Counted from the stretch's first letter, positions 19,946 to 31,138 are shown. The stretch: 64,000 nt of DNA from an uncultured delta proteobacterium (GCA_963745835.1 CAVUZH010000005.1:128001-192000); one strand, 5' to 3'. Numbers and translations are program-made. Notes: a model not told the origin generated them from the letters alone.

Positions 19946-20980
19946 TTATGCTTGGCCGCGGGTCTTTAGAGACTCAGCAAGCTCGCGTAGATATTCTTCC
20001 TGTTCTTTGCCCTGGTATAACGCCAGCGAACCGTTGTCTTTCAGCGGTATGCCGCCAAAAAAGTGAAACGCATGGCCGTCCCAATCGTAAAATTCATCGC
20101 CGCGCTGATAGATCTCCTTCCATTTGTAGCCCACCGGGCTGCGGTGTAAACCCGTTCGGGCCGGAAAGGCGTCTTCTTTGTCGCGCGAATCTTTGAGCGT
20201 CTCCTTCGGTCCTTCTTCTTCGGGTAATCCTTCCCACATGCGCCGGTAGTTGGGAAAGAACTCCTCTTCCCGAACCGTCAGCGCGGTATGCATGTCCCAC
20301 CACGGGCTGTGTCCGGCGATCCGCTCATCGACCTGCTCGACCAGCTTGTAAATCAGCCGAGCGCCGGCCCTTAGACGCAACACCAGCGTTCCCTCGGCAG
20401 CCCTGGCATTACGCTCCACTCCTACGCCGCAGTATTTTTCAAAGAAAGCTGCGGTTCTTGCTAGATCACGCGAGCCGTAAACAGCGTGGCTGATACGGCC
20501 GACTCTCTCTGAAGTGGCTATCTCCATGGCGCCTTCCGGCATATTCACAGGCGCCCAGAACTCATACTGATTACCGTCCGGATCGGCGAAATAGATGACC
20601 GTGCCTTCCTCCCCCTCGGCCGCTGTCTTAACCGGTTCGGTGTGAGGGATTTTGTGCTGATCAAGCCGGCGCAGGTGCAGGTCGATGTCTTCGTGACGAA
20701 TGTAGAAGCCGCACCGCGGAAGATCCTTGCCCAGTTCTTTTGCCGGCGGGTAAACCTCAGGCTGAAGGAACGCGCCGATGCGGCACGATCCGCCCTCCCA
20801 CCACATGAAGCAAAAGATCGGGGTGTTTTTCTTTCTCATGTTGGTGGTCAGGCCGTTGATTGGCCTGATGGGAAGGCCGGTGGCATTAAGCGCCCAGTGA
20901 GTCCACGCCGGCAGGTCATTGGTGCCGACGACGTAGTGATCGATCCAATGAACTGCGCCTTTCGGCTCATCGTTAGCCAT
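19946..20980 (-). CDS. VOC/glyoxalase-bleomycin resistance family protein
   Basis: IDHYVV, YFADPDGNQYE and ISHAV motifs; GGAGG RBS before ATG 20980. Confidence 0.8.
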   Translation of the reverse strand: MANDEPKGAVHWIDHYVVGTNDLPAWTHWALNATGLPIRPINGLTTNMRKKNTPIFCFMWWEGGSCRIGAFLQPEVYPPAKELGKDLPRCGFYIRHEDIDLHLRRLDQHKIPHTEPVKTAAEGEEGTVIYFADPDGNQYEFWAPVNMPEGAMEIATSERVGRISHAVYGSRDLARTAAFFEKYCGVGVERNARAAEGTLVLRLRAGARLIYKLVEQVDERIAGHSPWWDMHTALTVREEEFFPNYRRMWEGLPEEEGPKETLKDSRDKEDAFPARTGLHRSPVGYKWKEIYQRGDEFYDWDGHAFHFFGGIPLKDNGSLALYQGKEQEEYLRELAESLKTRGQA

Positions 20981-21065
20981 AAATCCTCCGTTACAAAAAA
21001 GCAGGTGTTTCAATCCGAGCGGTACTAGACTGAGAAAACGGTGTCAAGCGTTGCCGATAAACACG

Positions 21066-21170
21066 AACGTTCAACAGTTCAATAGTTCAACAGTTCAAGG
21101 TCCGATTAGCTGCGATGCTCGAAAGCCGTCAAATTCGATCCATTGAACTTTGAACGGTTGAACTTTAATG
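21066..21170. repeat. 9-nt-period GTTCAA repeat element (inverted arms)
   Basis: gttcaacagttcaatagttcaacagttcaa ... ttgaactttgaacggttgaac. Confidence 0.7.
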
Positions 21171-21182
21171 GCCAGCTTTCTT

Positions 21183-22313
21183 CTAAACTCCATACAGCGC
21201 CGCGGCGTTCTCGCGGATGACCTTACGCTTCATCTCCGGCGGCAAGTGAGCTGAGTCTTTCTCGATAAAATCCTTGGAAAACGGCCAGGTGCTGTCCGGA
21301 TGCGGATAATCCGAACCCCACATGATGTGACCGTCGCCGAAGAACTGGATCAAGTGCAGTCCCACCAGATCGGTCTGATAGGTTGCCCAAACTTGACGCT
21401 TGAAAATCTCACTGGGCATGTTCTTCAGAGGTATGTCTTCGGACTTCTTTCTTTCGAATTGTCGCTTGTAACGGTAATCCATTTCTTGCACGACGAACGG
21501 GATCCAGCCGATCGCGGATTCGGCAAGGCAGAATTTCAATTTCGGATGTCGTTCCAAAGTTCCGAAGTTGAACATGTTTACGAATGGATTAAAAAACGAA
21601 GTGGCGCCGTTGCTAAGACCCATATCGAACACGCCTTGGCGCTCGCCCGGTTTCACCGCATCGATGGTCGCCCGAACCGTTCCGGACTGCACGCTGCCGC
21701 CGACATGATAGGAGACGACGATGCCGGCTTCCTCGGCAGCGGCCCAGAATACATCCCACGGCTTCAGATTCATTTCGAGAGTGACATCATTAACCAGGAA
21801 GTTGGCTTCGCGAAATCCCAGCTTCGCCACCCGGACCACTTCATCCGCGGCGTCCTGAGGATCGACAGGAGAGAGCATGGCCACCGGGAAGAATCGCCTG
21901 GGCGCGGCTTTGCCGAATTCCAGCGCCCAATCGTTGTACGCTCGAACACAGGCATTTCTCAGCTCGGGTTCGCCGACCTGCATGGCGATAATCGGTGGAA
22001 ACATGAGCGAAGCTTCGACGCCGTCGCGATCCATATCGGCAAGCCGTTTCTCTGGCGTGGTAGGCCGGTGCGCCTCACCGACTCCGCCTCGATCCAGAGC
22101 CAGCCTGGTCCGGTTGGATTTGGCAAACCAGCGCTCGCCACGATACTCGGCCCAGGTCTCGCCGTCGCAAACCCAGTATTCGCCCTTTTCACCCCGATCT
22201 TCCACGTGGGGGCCGCGCTCGCGCAAAGACTCAGGCAGGCGCGCTGTCCAAAGGTCCCTGGGCAAGTATCCTAAATCGATATGATCGTCGGCTGAAATCA
22301 TCGTGTACGTCAT
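21183..22313 (-). CDS. Amidohydrolase family protein (Amidohydro_2)
   Basis: ISADDH, SYHVG and WGSDYPH motifs. Confidence 0.9.
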   Translation of the reverse strand: MTYTMISADDHIDLGYLPRDLWTARLPESLRERGPHVEDRGEKGEYWVCDGETWAEYRGERWFAKSNRTRLALDRGGVGEAHRPTTPEKRLADMDRDGVEASLMFPPIIAMQVGEPELRNACVRAYNDWALEFGKAAPRRFFPVAMLSPVDPQDAADEVVRVAKLGFREANFLVNDVTLEMNLKPWDVFWAAAEEAGIVVSYHVGGSVQSGTVRATIDAVKPGERQGVFDMGLSNGATSFFNPFVNMFNFGTLERHPKLKFCLAESAIGWIPFVVQEMDYRYKRQFERKKSEDIPLKNMPSEIFKRQVWATYQTDLVGLHLIQFFGDGHIMWGSDYPHPDSTWPFSKDFIEKDSAHLPPEMKRKVIRENAAALYGV

Positions 22314-22405
22314 GAGCTTTCTCCTTGAAACTGGCAGCGCACAGGGCGGCCCTCCTTAACCATTCAATTCGGTTTATCCGTTGTTTCGAATCATTGCCGT
22401 CCCTT

Positions 22406-23026
22406 CTATGGATTACCTGGCGGTTGATCTTGTGGCGAGTTCATCACGTGTTGAATCAAACGGTCCAGTTCTTCATAGGGCTGCGCGCCTACCATCAAAT
22501 AGCGGCCGGCAAGAAATGTCGGCACGGCATTGACACCGTAGGCGGCGCACCGGCGCCAGTCTTCATCCACTGCATCTTTGTAGGCGCGGCTTAGCAAAAC
22601 ATCGGTGGCTTCATCTGCCGGCAAGCCGTTTTCTGCCGCGATCTTAGCGAGAACGTCGGCTTTGCCGATATTCTTGACGTCGACGAAGTAGGCGCGGAAG
22701 AGAGCATCGGTGATCTTTTCTTCCATGCCTTTGGTTCCGGCCCATTTCGCCAGCTCCTGAGCCAAACGGCTGTTGTACGACATGTCACGATCAGGATTGA
22801 ACGGCAGTCCTTCGCGATCCATGTTCACTTTCATCTTGCGGTTTCGCGCAATGATCTCCGGCCCGCGTTGGTTACCTTCCACCGGAGTCTCGGGATGAAG
22901 CGGAAACTGAGTAAACTTGATTTTCAATCCATACTGATTTTTAAGTTTCTCGACACGCCCGGTGACGAGATAGCACCAGGGTCAGACAAAGTCGGAGAAA
23001 ACTTCGAGAACTAATGGATCGGGCAT
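22406..23026 (-). CDS. DsbA/FrnE-family thiol oxidoreductase, selenoprotein (UPWC; Sec codon 22982-22984)
   Basis: GAGGAGG RBS, then MPDPLVLEVFSDFV-TGA-PWCYLVTG in frame with track ORF 22406..22927; FSDFVCPWCY is the canonical FrnE motif; AVPTF cis-Pro. Confidence 0.88.
22948..22970 (-). promoter_or_regulatory. Candidate bacterial SECIS hairpin
   Basis: mRNA UCUCG-U-CAC-CGGGC-GUG-U-CGAGA starting 11 nt after UGA, G-rich apical loop. Confidence 0.65.
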
Positions 23027-23044
23027 AAGACCTCCTCTTCGGAT

Positions 23045-23320
23045 TCGTTCAACCGTGAGATTTCGTTCAACCGTTCAACGGTTCAATAGTTCAACGCCAG
23101 ATGGTTCGAACCGTTCCAACAGTTCCAATCGTTCCAACGGTTCCAAATGTTTCAGAGGTCATCAAGCCAATGCCGGCTCTTAGTGCGAGTGTAAACGTTT
23201 GAATTAGAGCGCCGGAATTCTCCGAAGTCTCACCAATCGAACAACTTGGCATCTGGAACATAAATCCGTTAAACATCCGGCCTTGGAACGACTGGAACCA
23301 TTGGAACCGGTGGAACTATC
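23045..23320. repeat. 9-nt-period GTTC(A/C)A repeat element: inverted arms around about 125-bp unique spacer
   Basis: ccgttccaa cagttccaa tcgttccaa cggttccaa ... ttggaacga ctggaacca ttggaaccg gtggaac. Confidence 0.8.
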
Positions 23321-23428
23321 GCTATATCGATTCTATGTTTGTTACTCCGTGGAAGTCAAAGCATCCGTGCGGAAAATCCAGGCGCAAGTTGACAATACTT
23401 CATATGCAGAGATAGTTTCCAGAACTGT

Positions 23429-24437
23429 ATGGCGCTACGGTTTTCTTTAGCGGGCAATGCCGCGGAGCGCAGTTTTAAGGATCAAGTGGAGCGCGCGGCT
23501 TTGATGGAAGAGCTTGGCTACCACGGGATCTTCTTTAGCGAATCGCTCATGAGCGGGCTCGATCCGTTCCAGGTCCTTGCGATTGCCGCGATGCGCACCA
23601 AGCGGATTAAGCTTGGTACGGCCATCATGACCATGACTTTTCGTGAGGCGGTGGTGCTTGCCAATCAGTCGGCGACCTTGAACGAGATCTCCGACGGCCG
23701 CGCTGTCCTCGGCTTGGGCACCGGCGACGGCACCACCTACACGATGGCGCGCACCGCCGTGCCGCTGGAGAAGTTTGAAGAGGGCACACGGATCATTCGC
23801 GAGCTGGTAAACGGCCGCACCATCCACATTCCTAAGGGCAAGGAACGGGAAGCCGGCGAAATTCCCCTGCGTGCCGGAAAATTTCCCGTGCCGATCTGGA
23901 TTGCGGCAGCGGGACCGCGCGCTCTCAGAGCCGCCGGGCGTGTCGCCGACGGTGTGATCCTAGGCTGCGGATTCGATCTCGGAGTCCTGAAGTGGGCGCG
24001 TGAGCAGATCACCCTGGGCGCTCGTGATGTTGGACGAGATCCTGAGGAAATCGAATATGTCGGCGCCGGAATCGCATGCGTCGACGAGAACGGTGACCAG
24101 CGCGCCGGAGACGGCTCGGAGCCGACTGGCCAACCGGGCGCATCAAAATTTTCGCTTTACGCTGGAAACGGTTCCGCCCGAAGAACGGCCGGGTGTAGAG
24201 AAATTCATGAAGCATTTCGATGTCACCAAAAAAATTGATCAACGTTCCGATCCTGCTCTGGTCACTGATTATTTAGCGCAAAGATTTGCCATCGCTGGCA
24301 CTCCGGAAGAGTGCGTCGAGCGGATTAAAGAACTCGAGCACGCGGGGATTGGTAATTTTTTGCTAACACTGCCGCCTAGGGGTTACTATGACGTTATGCA
24401 TAAATGGGCCCGGACAGTTGTGCCGCAATTCTCTTAA
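23429..24437 (+). CDS. LLM-class (luciferase-like) flavin/F420-dependent oxidoreductase (frameshift near 24100)
   Basis: RTKRIKLGT, SDGRAVLGLGTG and PIWIAAAGP motifs; C-terminus AIAGTPEECVERI in ORF 24000..24437. Confidence 0.85.
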
Positions 24438-24472
24438 AGCTACTTTCATTGGACTGGAGGCGTGAACGCTCG

Positions 24473-25267
24473 ATGCCTTTTGTGCAGATGGGTCAGATTG
24501 TGCATCATTTCGAGACCAAGGGGAGCAAGGACAAGTCTGCGCTGGTGTTTTCGAACTCCCTCGGCAGCGATTTGCGTATTTGGGATGCTGTAGCCGGCCG
24601 CTTGTCCGAGCACTTTCGCATCGTCCTCTACGATAAGAGAGGACATGGTCTCTCAGAGGCTTCGGAGCCGCCGTATTCTGCGAGTGATCTGGCTCGGGAT
24701 ATCGTCGGGTTGCTCGATTCATTGAAAATCGATCAGGCAGTGATTTGCGGGATTTCGGTCGGTGGCATCATCGCGCAAGCCATGGCATTGGATCATCCGC
24801 GCCGTGTGCGTGCTCTGGTGCTATGTGATACCGGGGCGCGAATAGGATCGGTAGATTCATGGCAGCAACGCATCGAGATGGTTCAGAGCGGAGGTATCCA
24901 ATCTCTTGAGACCATAACCATGGAACGCTGGTTCTCGCAGGGATTTCGCAAGCGCTGCCCCGCCGATGTGCGCGGCTATGCCAAAATGTTGCTTCAAACC
25001 ATGGTGCAGGGGTACGTCGGTACTTGCTGCGCGCTGCGCGACGCCGATTTTCGCGGGGACGTGTCCCGGCTTGAGCAACCGACGTTGGTGCTGTGTGGCG
25101 CGGAAGATATCGCGACCCCACCGGAGCTTGGACAGGAACTGGCTGGTTTGATTCCCCGCAGCCGATTTTCTTCGATTGCAAATGCGGGTCATCTGCCGTG
25201 CGTGGAACAGCCGGCGGCGGTTGTAGAATGCATGATGGATTTTTTTCGGGAGGTGCAAATTGTCTGA
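24473..25267 (+). CDS. pcaD: 3-oxoadipate enol-lactonase
   Basis: FSNSLGSD, YDKRGHG, GISVGG and GHLPCVEQP motifs; pca context. Confidence 0.9.
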   Translation: MPFVQMGQIVHHFETKGSKDKSALVFSNSLGSDLRIWDAVAGRLSEHFRIVLYDKRGHGLSEASEPPYSASDLARDIVGLLDSLKIDQAVICGISVGGIIAQAMALDHPRRVRALVLCDTGARIGSVDSWQQRIEMVQSGGIQSLETITMERWFSQGFRKRCPADVRGYAKMLLQTMVQGYVGTCCALRDADFRGDVSRLEQPTLVLCGAEDIATPPELGQELAGLIPRSRFSSIANAGHLPCVEQPAAVVECMMDFFREVQIV

Positions 25268-25646
25268 CGATCTATTTGATAAAGGCATGGCGGCGCGCAA
25301 GGCGGTGCTCGGTGCGGAATATGTCGCCCGGGCGGAAGCCAATAAGAGCCATTTTGACGCAGACTTTCAGCGCTACGTTACTGAGAACGCCTGGGGCGCG
25401 GTCTGGGCCCGTCCGGGACTCCAAAAGAATATCCGCAGTATGCTCACCATCGCCATGTTGGCTGCGCTGGGCCGGCATGAAGAATTGGGCGCCCATATCC
25501 GCGCGACACTCAATACCGGCGTAACTCGCGAAGAGGTCAAGGAAGTTCTGTTGCAAGTGGCGGTCTATGCAGGCGCGCCGGCGGCGAACAGCGCGTTTGC
25601 TATTGCCAAACGAATTTACGAAGAGATTGAAGAAGGAAAGAAATAG
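25260..25646 (+). CDS. pcaC: 4-carboxymuconolactone decarboxylase
   Basis: RKAVLG, AWGAVWARPGL and LLQVAVYAGAPAAN motifs. Confidence 0.92.
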   Translation: MSDDLFDKGMAARKAVLGAEYVARAEANKSHFDADFQRYVTENAWGAVWARPGLQKNIRSMLTIAMLAALGRHEELGAHIRATLNTGVTREEVKEVLLQVAVYAGAPAANSAFAIAKRIYEEIEEGKK

Positions 25647-25700
25647 TAAAAGGACAATAGCAACAGAGACACTCATTCTCGATGATCGGAACAGGTGATT

Positions 25701-26417
25701 ATGAAAATCCAACCATACAAACAGCGTGACTGGAAATCCCACCCGCCTTTCACGTTCGCGGCGTACGGCTCGTCGGTCAAGCGCGGACCGTTGCAAAAGC
25801 TCGTGCCAATAAACCAGACTTTGTCGGAGATTACCGGCCCATTGTTTAACGACATCAAACTCGAGAGTGGTGAGAATGATCTCACACGCAACCCGGAGAC
25901 TGGGAAAGAAGCACTGGGCGAGCGCATCATCGTGGTCGGTAGGGTGATCGACGAAGATGAACGACCGGTTCCGCATTCGCTGATTGAAATCTGGCAAGCC
26001 AATGCCGCCGGTCGTTATCGCCATCCGGTGGATCAGCACAACGCGCCGCTGGATCCGAACTTTATCGGCGCGGGACGCTGCGTCACCAATGAAAAAGGGG
26101 AATATCGCTTTTTAACCATCAAGCCGGGCGCCTATCCGTGGCTCAATCACGCCAATGCCTGGCGTCCGGCCCATATTCATCTATCGCTCTTCGGGCCGAG
26201 TTTCGTCACCCGTTTAGTTACGCAATTCTTTTTTCCAGGCGATCCTCTTCTGGACATGGATCCGATTCTAAATTCGATTCCCACTAAGGCGGCCCGCCAG
26301 CGGCTGGTTGCGGATTATGCTCACGATGTTACGGAGCCGGAATTCGCGTTGGGATATCGATTCGATATCGTCTTGCGCGGCCGTCAAGCCACTCCATTCG
26401 AGCAGAACCGGCGATGA
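25701..26417 (+). CDS. pcaH: Protocatechuate 3,4-dioxygenase beta subunit
   Basis: EIWQANAAGRYRH, PGAYPW and WRPAHIH motifs. Confidence 0.95.
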   Translation: MKIQPYKQRDWKSHPPFTFAAYGSSVKRGPLQKLVPINQTLSEITGPLFNDIKLESGENDLTRNPETGKEALGERIIVVGRVIDEDERPVPHSLIEIWQANAAGRYRHPVDQHNAPLDPNFIGAGRCVTNEKGEYRFLTIKPGAYPWLNHANAWRPAHIHLSLFGPSFVTRLVTQFFFPGDPLLDMDPILNSIPTKAARQRLVADYAHDVTEPEFALGYRFDIVLRGRQATPFEQNRR

Positions 26418-26659
26418 ACCCATATATCGCAGAAGAGGTCGACTGTGTACTGAGCGAGCGGCAAGCCTGGAGGAGCGAAGGCACAGAAGCGAACACTTTC
26501 AATGCCTTTTATGGTACTTGGTTTAGGGCTAATAATTTTTCCGGGAGCCCGCTCGAGCAACCGAAGATTGCAGGCCGCTACAAGCCACTGGCCCATTGTC
26601 TTATATTGAAGGGCTGCGCTCGATTGCAGTGTCATTTTGAACTGCGGAATCGTCGATGA
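26414..26659 (+). other. 81-codon ORF/insertion between pcaH and pcaG, ATGA-coupled on both sides
   Basis: Overlaps pcaH stop and pcaG start by ATGA; no recognisable motif. Confidence 0.4.
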
Positions 26660-27222
26660 AGCAAACGCCATCCCAGACAGTCGGGCCTTTTTACTCCATC
26701 GGCCTCACCGATCGAGCGATGAACACGCTAGTTGGCGAGAGTACTCAGGGCGAGCGCATTCGTATCGAAGGACGAATCATCGACGGCGATGGCAAGCCCG
26801 TGCCGGACGCAATGATTGAGATCTGGCAGGCCAATGCCGCCGGGCGCTACAATCATCCGGACGATAAACAGGAGAAACCATTGGATCAGAGCTTCACCGG
26901 CTGGGGCCGTTCGGGAAGCGAGCCGAGTGGGTCCTATTTCTTCGAGACGATCAAGCCTGGGCCGGTGCCCGCCTCGGACGAATCCGTCCAAGCGCCGCAC
27001 ATCAACATGACCGTATTTGCCCGGGGCATGCTGGTGCACGCCTTCACCAGAATCTATTTCAGCGACGAACCAGCCAACGAAACCGATCCGGTTCTAAATT
27101 CGATAGAAAAAGAGCGCCGGCAGACTTTGATCGCAAACCGCCGGGAAGAAAGCGGCAAAGTCGTTTACCGTTTCGACATTCGTCTTCAGGGTGAGAATGA
27201 AACGGTTTTCTTCGACATGTGA
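26656..27222 (+). CDS. pcaG: Protocatechuate 3,4-dioxygenase alpha subunit
   Basis: TPSQTVGPF, QAPHIN, RGMLVH and YRFDIRLQGENETVFFD motifs. Confidence 0.95.
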   Translation: MKQTPSQTVGPFYSIGLTDRAMNTLVGESTQGERIRIEGRIIDGDGKPVPDAMIEIWQANAAGRYNHPDDKQEKPLDQSFTGWGRSGSEPSGSYFFETIKPGPVPASDESVQAPHINMTVFARGMLVHAFTRIYFSDEPANETDPVLNSIEKERRQTLIANRREESGKVVYRFDIRLQGENETVFFDM

Positions 27223-27241
27223 CGTCCGCTAGCTTCGAACC

Positions 27242-28589
27242 ATGCGTGTGCTCGACTCAGCGATTTTCAGCCCGCTGTTTTCAGATGCGGAAATCTCCGC
27301 TGTGCTCACGGATGAGGCCTTTGTCAGCGCGCTGGTCGAAGTCGAAGTCGCGCTTGCTCGCGCACAAGCCAGGGTCGGGGTTATTCCTGCCGCTGCGGCA
27401 GAGCAGATCTCGAGAGTAAAAGCCGCCGACATCGATATCACTGCCCTGACAAAGGGAACGATTCGCTCCGGGTTTCCGATCATCGCCTTGGTGCAGCAAA
27501 TCCGCCGGCAGGCGGGTGAGGAAGCGGCGCCCTACGTGCACTGGGGCGCGACCACCCAGGACATCATGGATACCGCCTCTGTGCTGCAGATGCGCGCGGC
27601 TATCGAACTTTTCAAACCGGCGATTCTCAATATCATCCGACGTCTGAGCGAACTGGCGCAGCGGCATCGTACTACCGTGATGGCTGGGCGTACCCATGGG
27701 CAGCAGGCGCTGCCGATCACTTTCGGGCTGAAAGTCGCCAGCTGGATTGCGCCAATGCTTCGCCATATTGAACGCCTCGACGAGATTTTGCCGCGCCTGC
27801 TTGTTATCCAATTCGGTGGCGCGGCAGGCACCTTAGCGGCTCTGGGGGACAAAGGTCTGGCCGTTAGCGAAGCATTGGCAGACGAGCTCAAGTTATCCGT
27901 GCCGGTAATGTCGTGGCATGCTCAGCGCGACAGCTTGGTAGAATTCGGTGGTTGGCTCAGCCTGGTGACCGGATGCCTCGGGAAAATGGCGCAGGATGTT
28001 ATCCTGCTGGCCCAAACCGAAGTTGGCGAAGCAGCCGAATCAGGCGAGCAGGGCAGGGGTGGGAGCAGTACGATGCCGCAAAAAAGCAATCCGATCACCA
28101 GCGAGCTCATGCTCGCCGCGGCGCGCACCAATGCTTCCTTGCTATCCGCGCTGCATCACGCGCAAATCCAAGAGCACGAACGGGCGACTCACGGCTGGCA
28201 AGTCGAATGGCTGACTTTGCCGCAAATGATGATCATTACCGGGGGCGCGCTCAAGCATGCCCTCGATCTAGCGCAGAATCTGCAAGTGGATGAGGCGGCG
28301 ATGCGGGTTAATATGGTCCGGGCTAACGATGTTGTCCTTGCCGAGGCGGCGGTATTCGCGTTGGCCAAGTGCGATGCCGCGGGCTAAAGCGGAGGAGTTG
28401 GTTAAAAATGCCTGCGGCATTGCAATGTCTGAAGCTAAACCTTTGATCGACGTGATCAAAGAGACGGTGGCGGTTCCCGACGGCACAGTCGACTGGCAAG
28501 CGCTGGCAGATCCCGCCAATTACCTGGGTGAAGCGGAGAAGATTATCGACAGGGTTTTGGACCGCGCAAACGAACTTTTATCAAAATGA
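27242..28589 (+). CDS. pcaB: 3-carboxy-cis,cis-muconate cycloisomerase (frameshift near 28370)
   Basis: HWGATTQD and GGSSTMPQKSNP fumarase-family signature; tail DPANYLG in ORF 28290..28589. Confidence 0.88.
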
Positions 28590-30160
28590 AACATACTCCT
28601 CCCGCAACATTGAACGAGCTGCTTCAGAGCCGAGTCAAACAGCATCCCGAGAAACTGGCGCTGATCTTCAAAGACGAGCAGTGGAGCTATGCCGGATTTC
28701 AACGCGAAGTCGATCGGATCGCCAACGGTTTCATCCGGATCGGCGTCAAAAGAGGCGACCGGATCGCTTTCGTGCTGCCGAACTGCGCCGAGTTTCTGTT
28801 TGCGGTTTTCGCCGTGACCAAGATCGGCGCCGTGTTCGTGCCGCTCAATCCGCAGTACACCGCCGAGGAGGCGGAATATGTACTGCAGCATTCCGAAGCA
28901 TCGGTCGTTATTACGTCGCCGGAACTGTTGCCGCTGATCGATGCGGTGCGAGACAAGTTACCCGATCTGAGCCGAGTGATCGTTACCGGCGAGGGTGGCA
29001 CGGCGACATCGTTGTCGTGGAAGGATTTTCTCTCCGGGGCGCTGCGGATCACGATTTGAAGATCGCCATCGATCCCGAGGATCTCGCATCGATTACCTAC
29101 ACTTCCGGGACCACGGATCGTCCCAAAGGGGTGATGCTGTCCCAGTACGCCTACGCGTTTGCGCCGCGCATGCGGGCGCAGGGCTTGGGCTGGAATGAGA
29201 ACGACCGAGTGCTGTGCGTCCTGCCGCTGTTTCACGTCAATGCGCTTTGCCATACCTGCATCGCCATGCTGTCGGTCGGCGGCAGCATAGTGCTGACCGA
29301 GAAATTCAGCGCATCGCGTTTTTGGAGCGAGGTGCGCGAATACTCGATCACGACCTCGAGTATCATGCGCACGATCCCGCAGATTCTTCTGAGTCTTCCG
29401 GAGCGATCCGATGACGGCAATAACCCGTTGCGCTTGGTGGTGACTTTGCTGTCGCCCGAAATGCATTTGCGATTCGAAGAAAGATTTAAGCTGAAGGCGG
29501 TGCCGTCGTACAGTCTCACCGAGGATATTTTGAGTGTCATCGGACCGACCGATATGCCCACGGAAAAGCTCGGTAGTTGCGGCGTGCCGCTGGCGCCGGA
29601 AGTTCATAGCGTGGCGATTCACGATGAAGCCGGTCGTGCGCTCCCGCCCGGTAAGGCGGGAGAAATCGTTAAACGAAGCCCCACGGTGATGAAAGGCTAC
29701 TATAAAAATCCTGAAGCGTCGGCCAAGGCATTGAAAGACGGCTGGCTCTACACCGGCGATCTCGGTTACCTCGATCACGGACGGCTATCTCTACTTTGTC
29801 GACCGGGTCAAGGACATGGTCCGGCGCGGCGACGAAAACATTTCTTCGGAAGAAGTCGAGCGCGTGCTCAATTCCCATCCGCAGGTCGCCGAGTCCGCGG
29901 TGATCGCAGTGCCGGATCCGATTCGCGGTGAAGAAGTCAAAGCTTACATCGTGCTCAAATCGCCGGCGACGCCTGAAAGCGTGCCTCCAGAAAAGATTTG
30001 GGAATTTTGTAAACCGCATCTAGCGGCTTACAAGGTGCCGCGTTATCTCGAGTACCGAGGCGAGCTGCCGAAGACGCCAAGCTCCAAGGTGCAGAAAAAT
30101 ATTTTGCGCGACGAGAGCAAGCAACGGCAGTGCGACGAGTATTTGACCGCTTACGGAACT
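28586..30160 (+). CDS. AMP-binding acyl-CoA ligase (CaiC-like); frameshifts near 29040 and 29780, possibly 30130
   Basis: YTSGTTDRPKG, YTGDLG, RRGDENIS and LPKTPSSK motifs spread over three frames. Confidence 0.85.
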
Positions 30161-30563
30161 AGCATCCTAAACGAGACCGTCGTACGAAATTGCCGTTTGG
30201 GTTTCATGTTTCAATTGACAGCTGCTGAATGGGAAACCTGAAATCACAAATTGTGATTTCAAGTTGGGAGCGGTCCCCGTGGTGGAATTCAGGAAAAATT
30301 CTTTAAGGGAATGCGTTTGGACCAGAGCTACAAAGGCCAGCGACATTATTCCAGCAAGCAGAGCTGATTCGCTCTCGACTAAACAACAGAAGCCGTACTT
30401 CATTTCGACGTTTCGGGAATTCTCGAAACGTGGAAGTTCCCGCTCAGATTGTCTTCCTTCAAACTGATGAACGATTGAACCGTTGAACGGCTGCGATCTC
30501 CAAAGTGGGTAGTTCCAGGGGACCAGTGAATAACTCACGCCAGACCCTTATGACGCAACAAGA

Positions 30564-31138
30564 TCAGAGGCTTCGGATCACGCGACATGGATTTCCGGCA
30601 GTAACCACTCCGGCGGGCAGATCACGATCCACGACGCTGCCGGCTCCAACCGTAGTGTCGGCGCCTATACTTACCCCGGGACAGACAATCACGCCGCCGC
30701 CGAGCCAGACCGCGCGCCAATGTTGATTGGATAGGCTGACTCCGGCCCAGTCGCGCGTGTGGCCGCATCAGGTGGATGATCGGCGGTCAACAGCTGCACA
30801 TAGGGACCGAGTTGAGCTTGCTCGCCGATAGTTATTTGCGCCGAGTCCAAAAATACCGGGCCGAAATTTACAAACACTCCCGCGCCAAGCGTGATCTGCG
30901 TCCCGTAATCACAATAGAAAGGCGGCTCGATCGCGGCATCAGGGCCGGTATACCCGAGCAGCTCGCGCAGCAACGCAGCTCGACCACTACTGTCGGCAGG
31001 ATCACTCGCGTTGTAACGTGCAAACAGGCGCCGCGCACGCACCCGCGCGGCGACAAGCTCCGGGTCGATTGCCAAATACAGCTCCCCGCGAAGCATCTTG
31101 CTGCATTGGATCTGGACAGGGTTGGAGGTCTTATCCAT
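30564..31138 (-). CDS. Sugar (maltose) O-acetyltransferase (frameshift near 30712)
   Basis: KMLRGELY and IEPPFYCDYG; tail VWLGGGVIVCPGVSIG...AGNPCRVIR in a second frame. Confidence 0.8.

Noticed and set aside
23045-23320. Possible CRISPR array in the periodic repeats
   Set aside because: Units are degenerate 9-mers with no constant repeat plus unique spacer periodicity, and no cas genes are present.
28699-29778. Long antisense ORFs (also 21300-22274, 6434-7261, 56646-57473)
   Set aside because: Shadows of well-supported genes on the opposite strand in GC-rich DNA, with no motifs.
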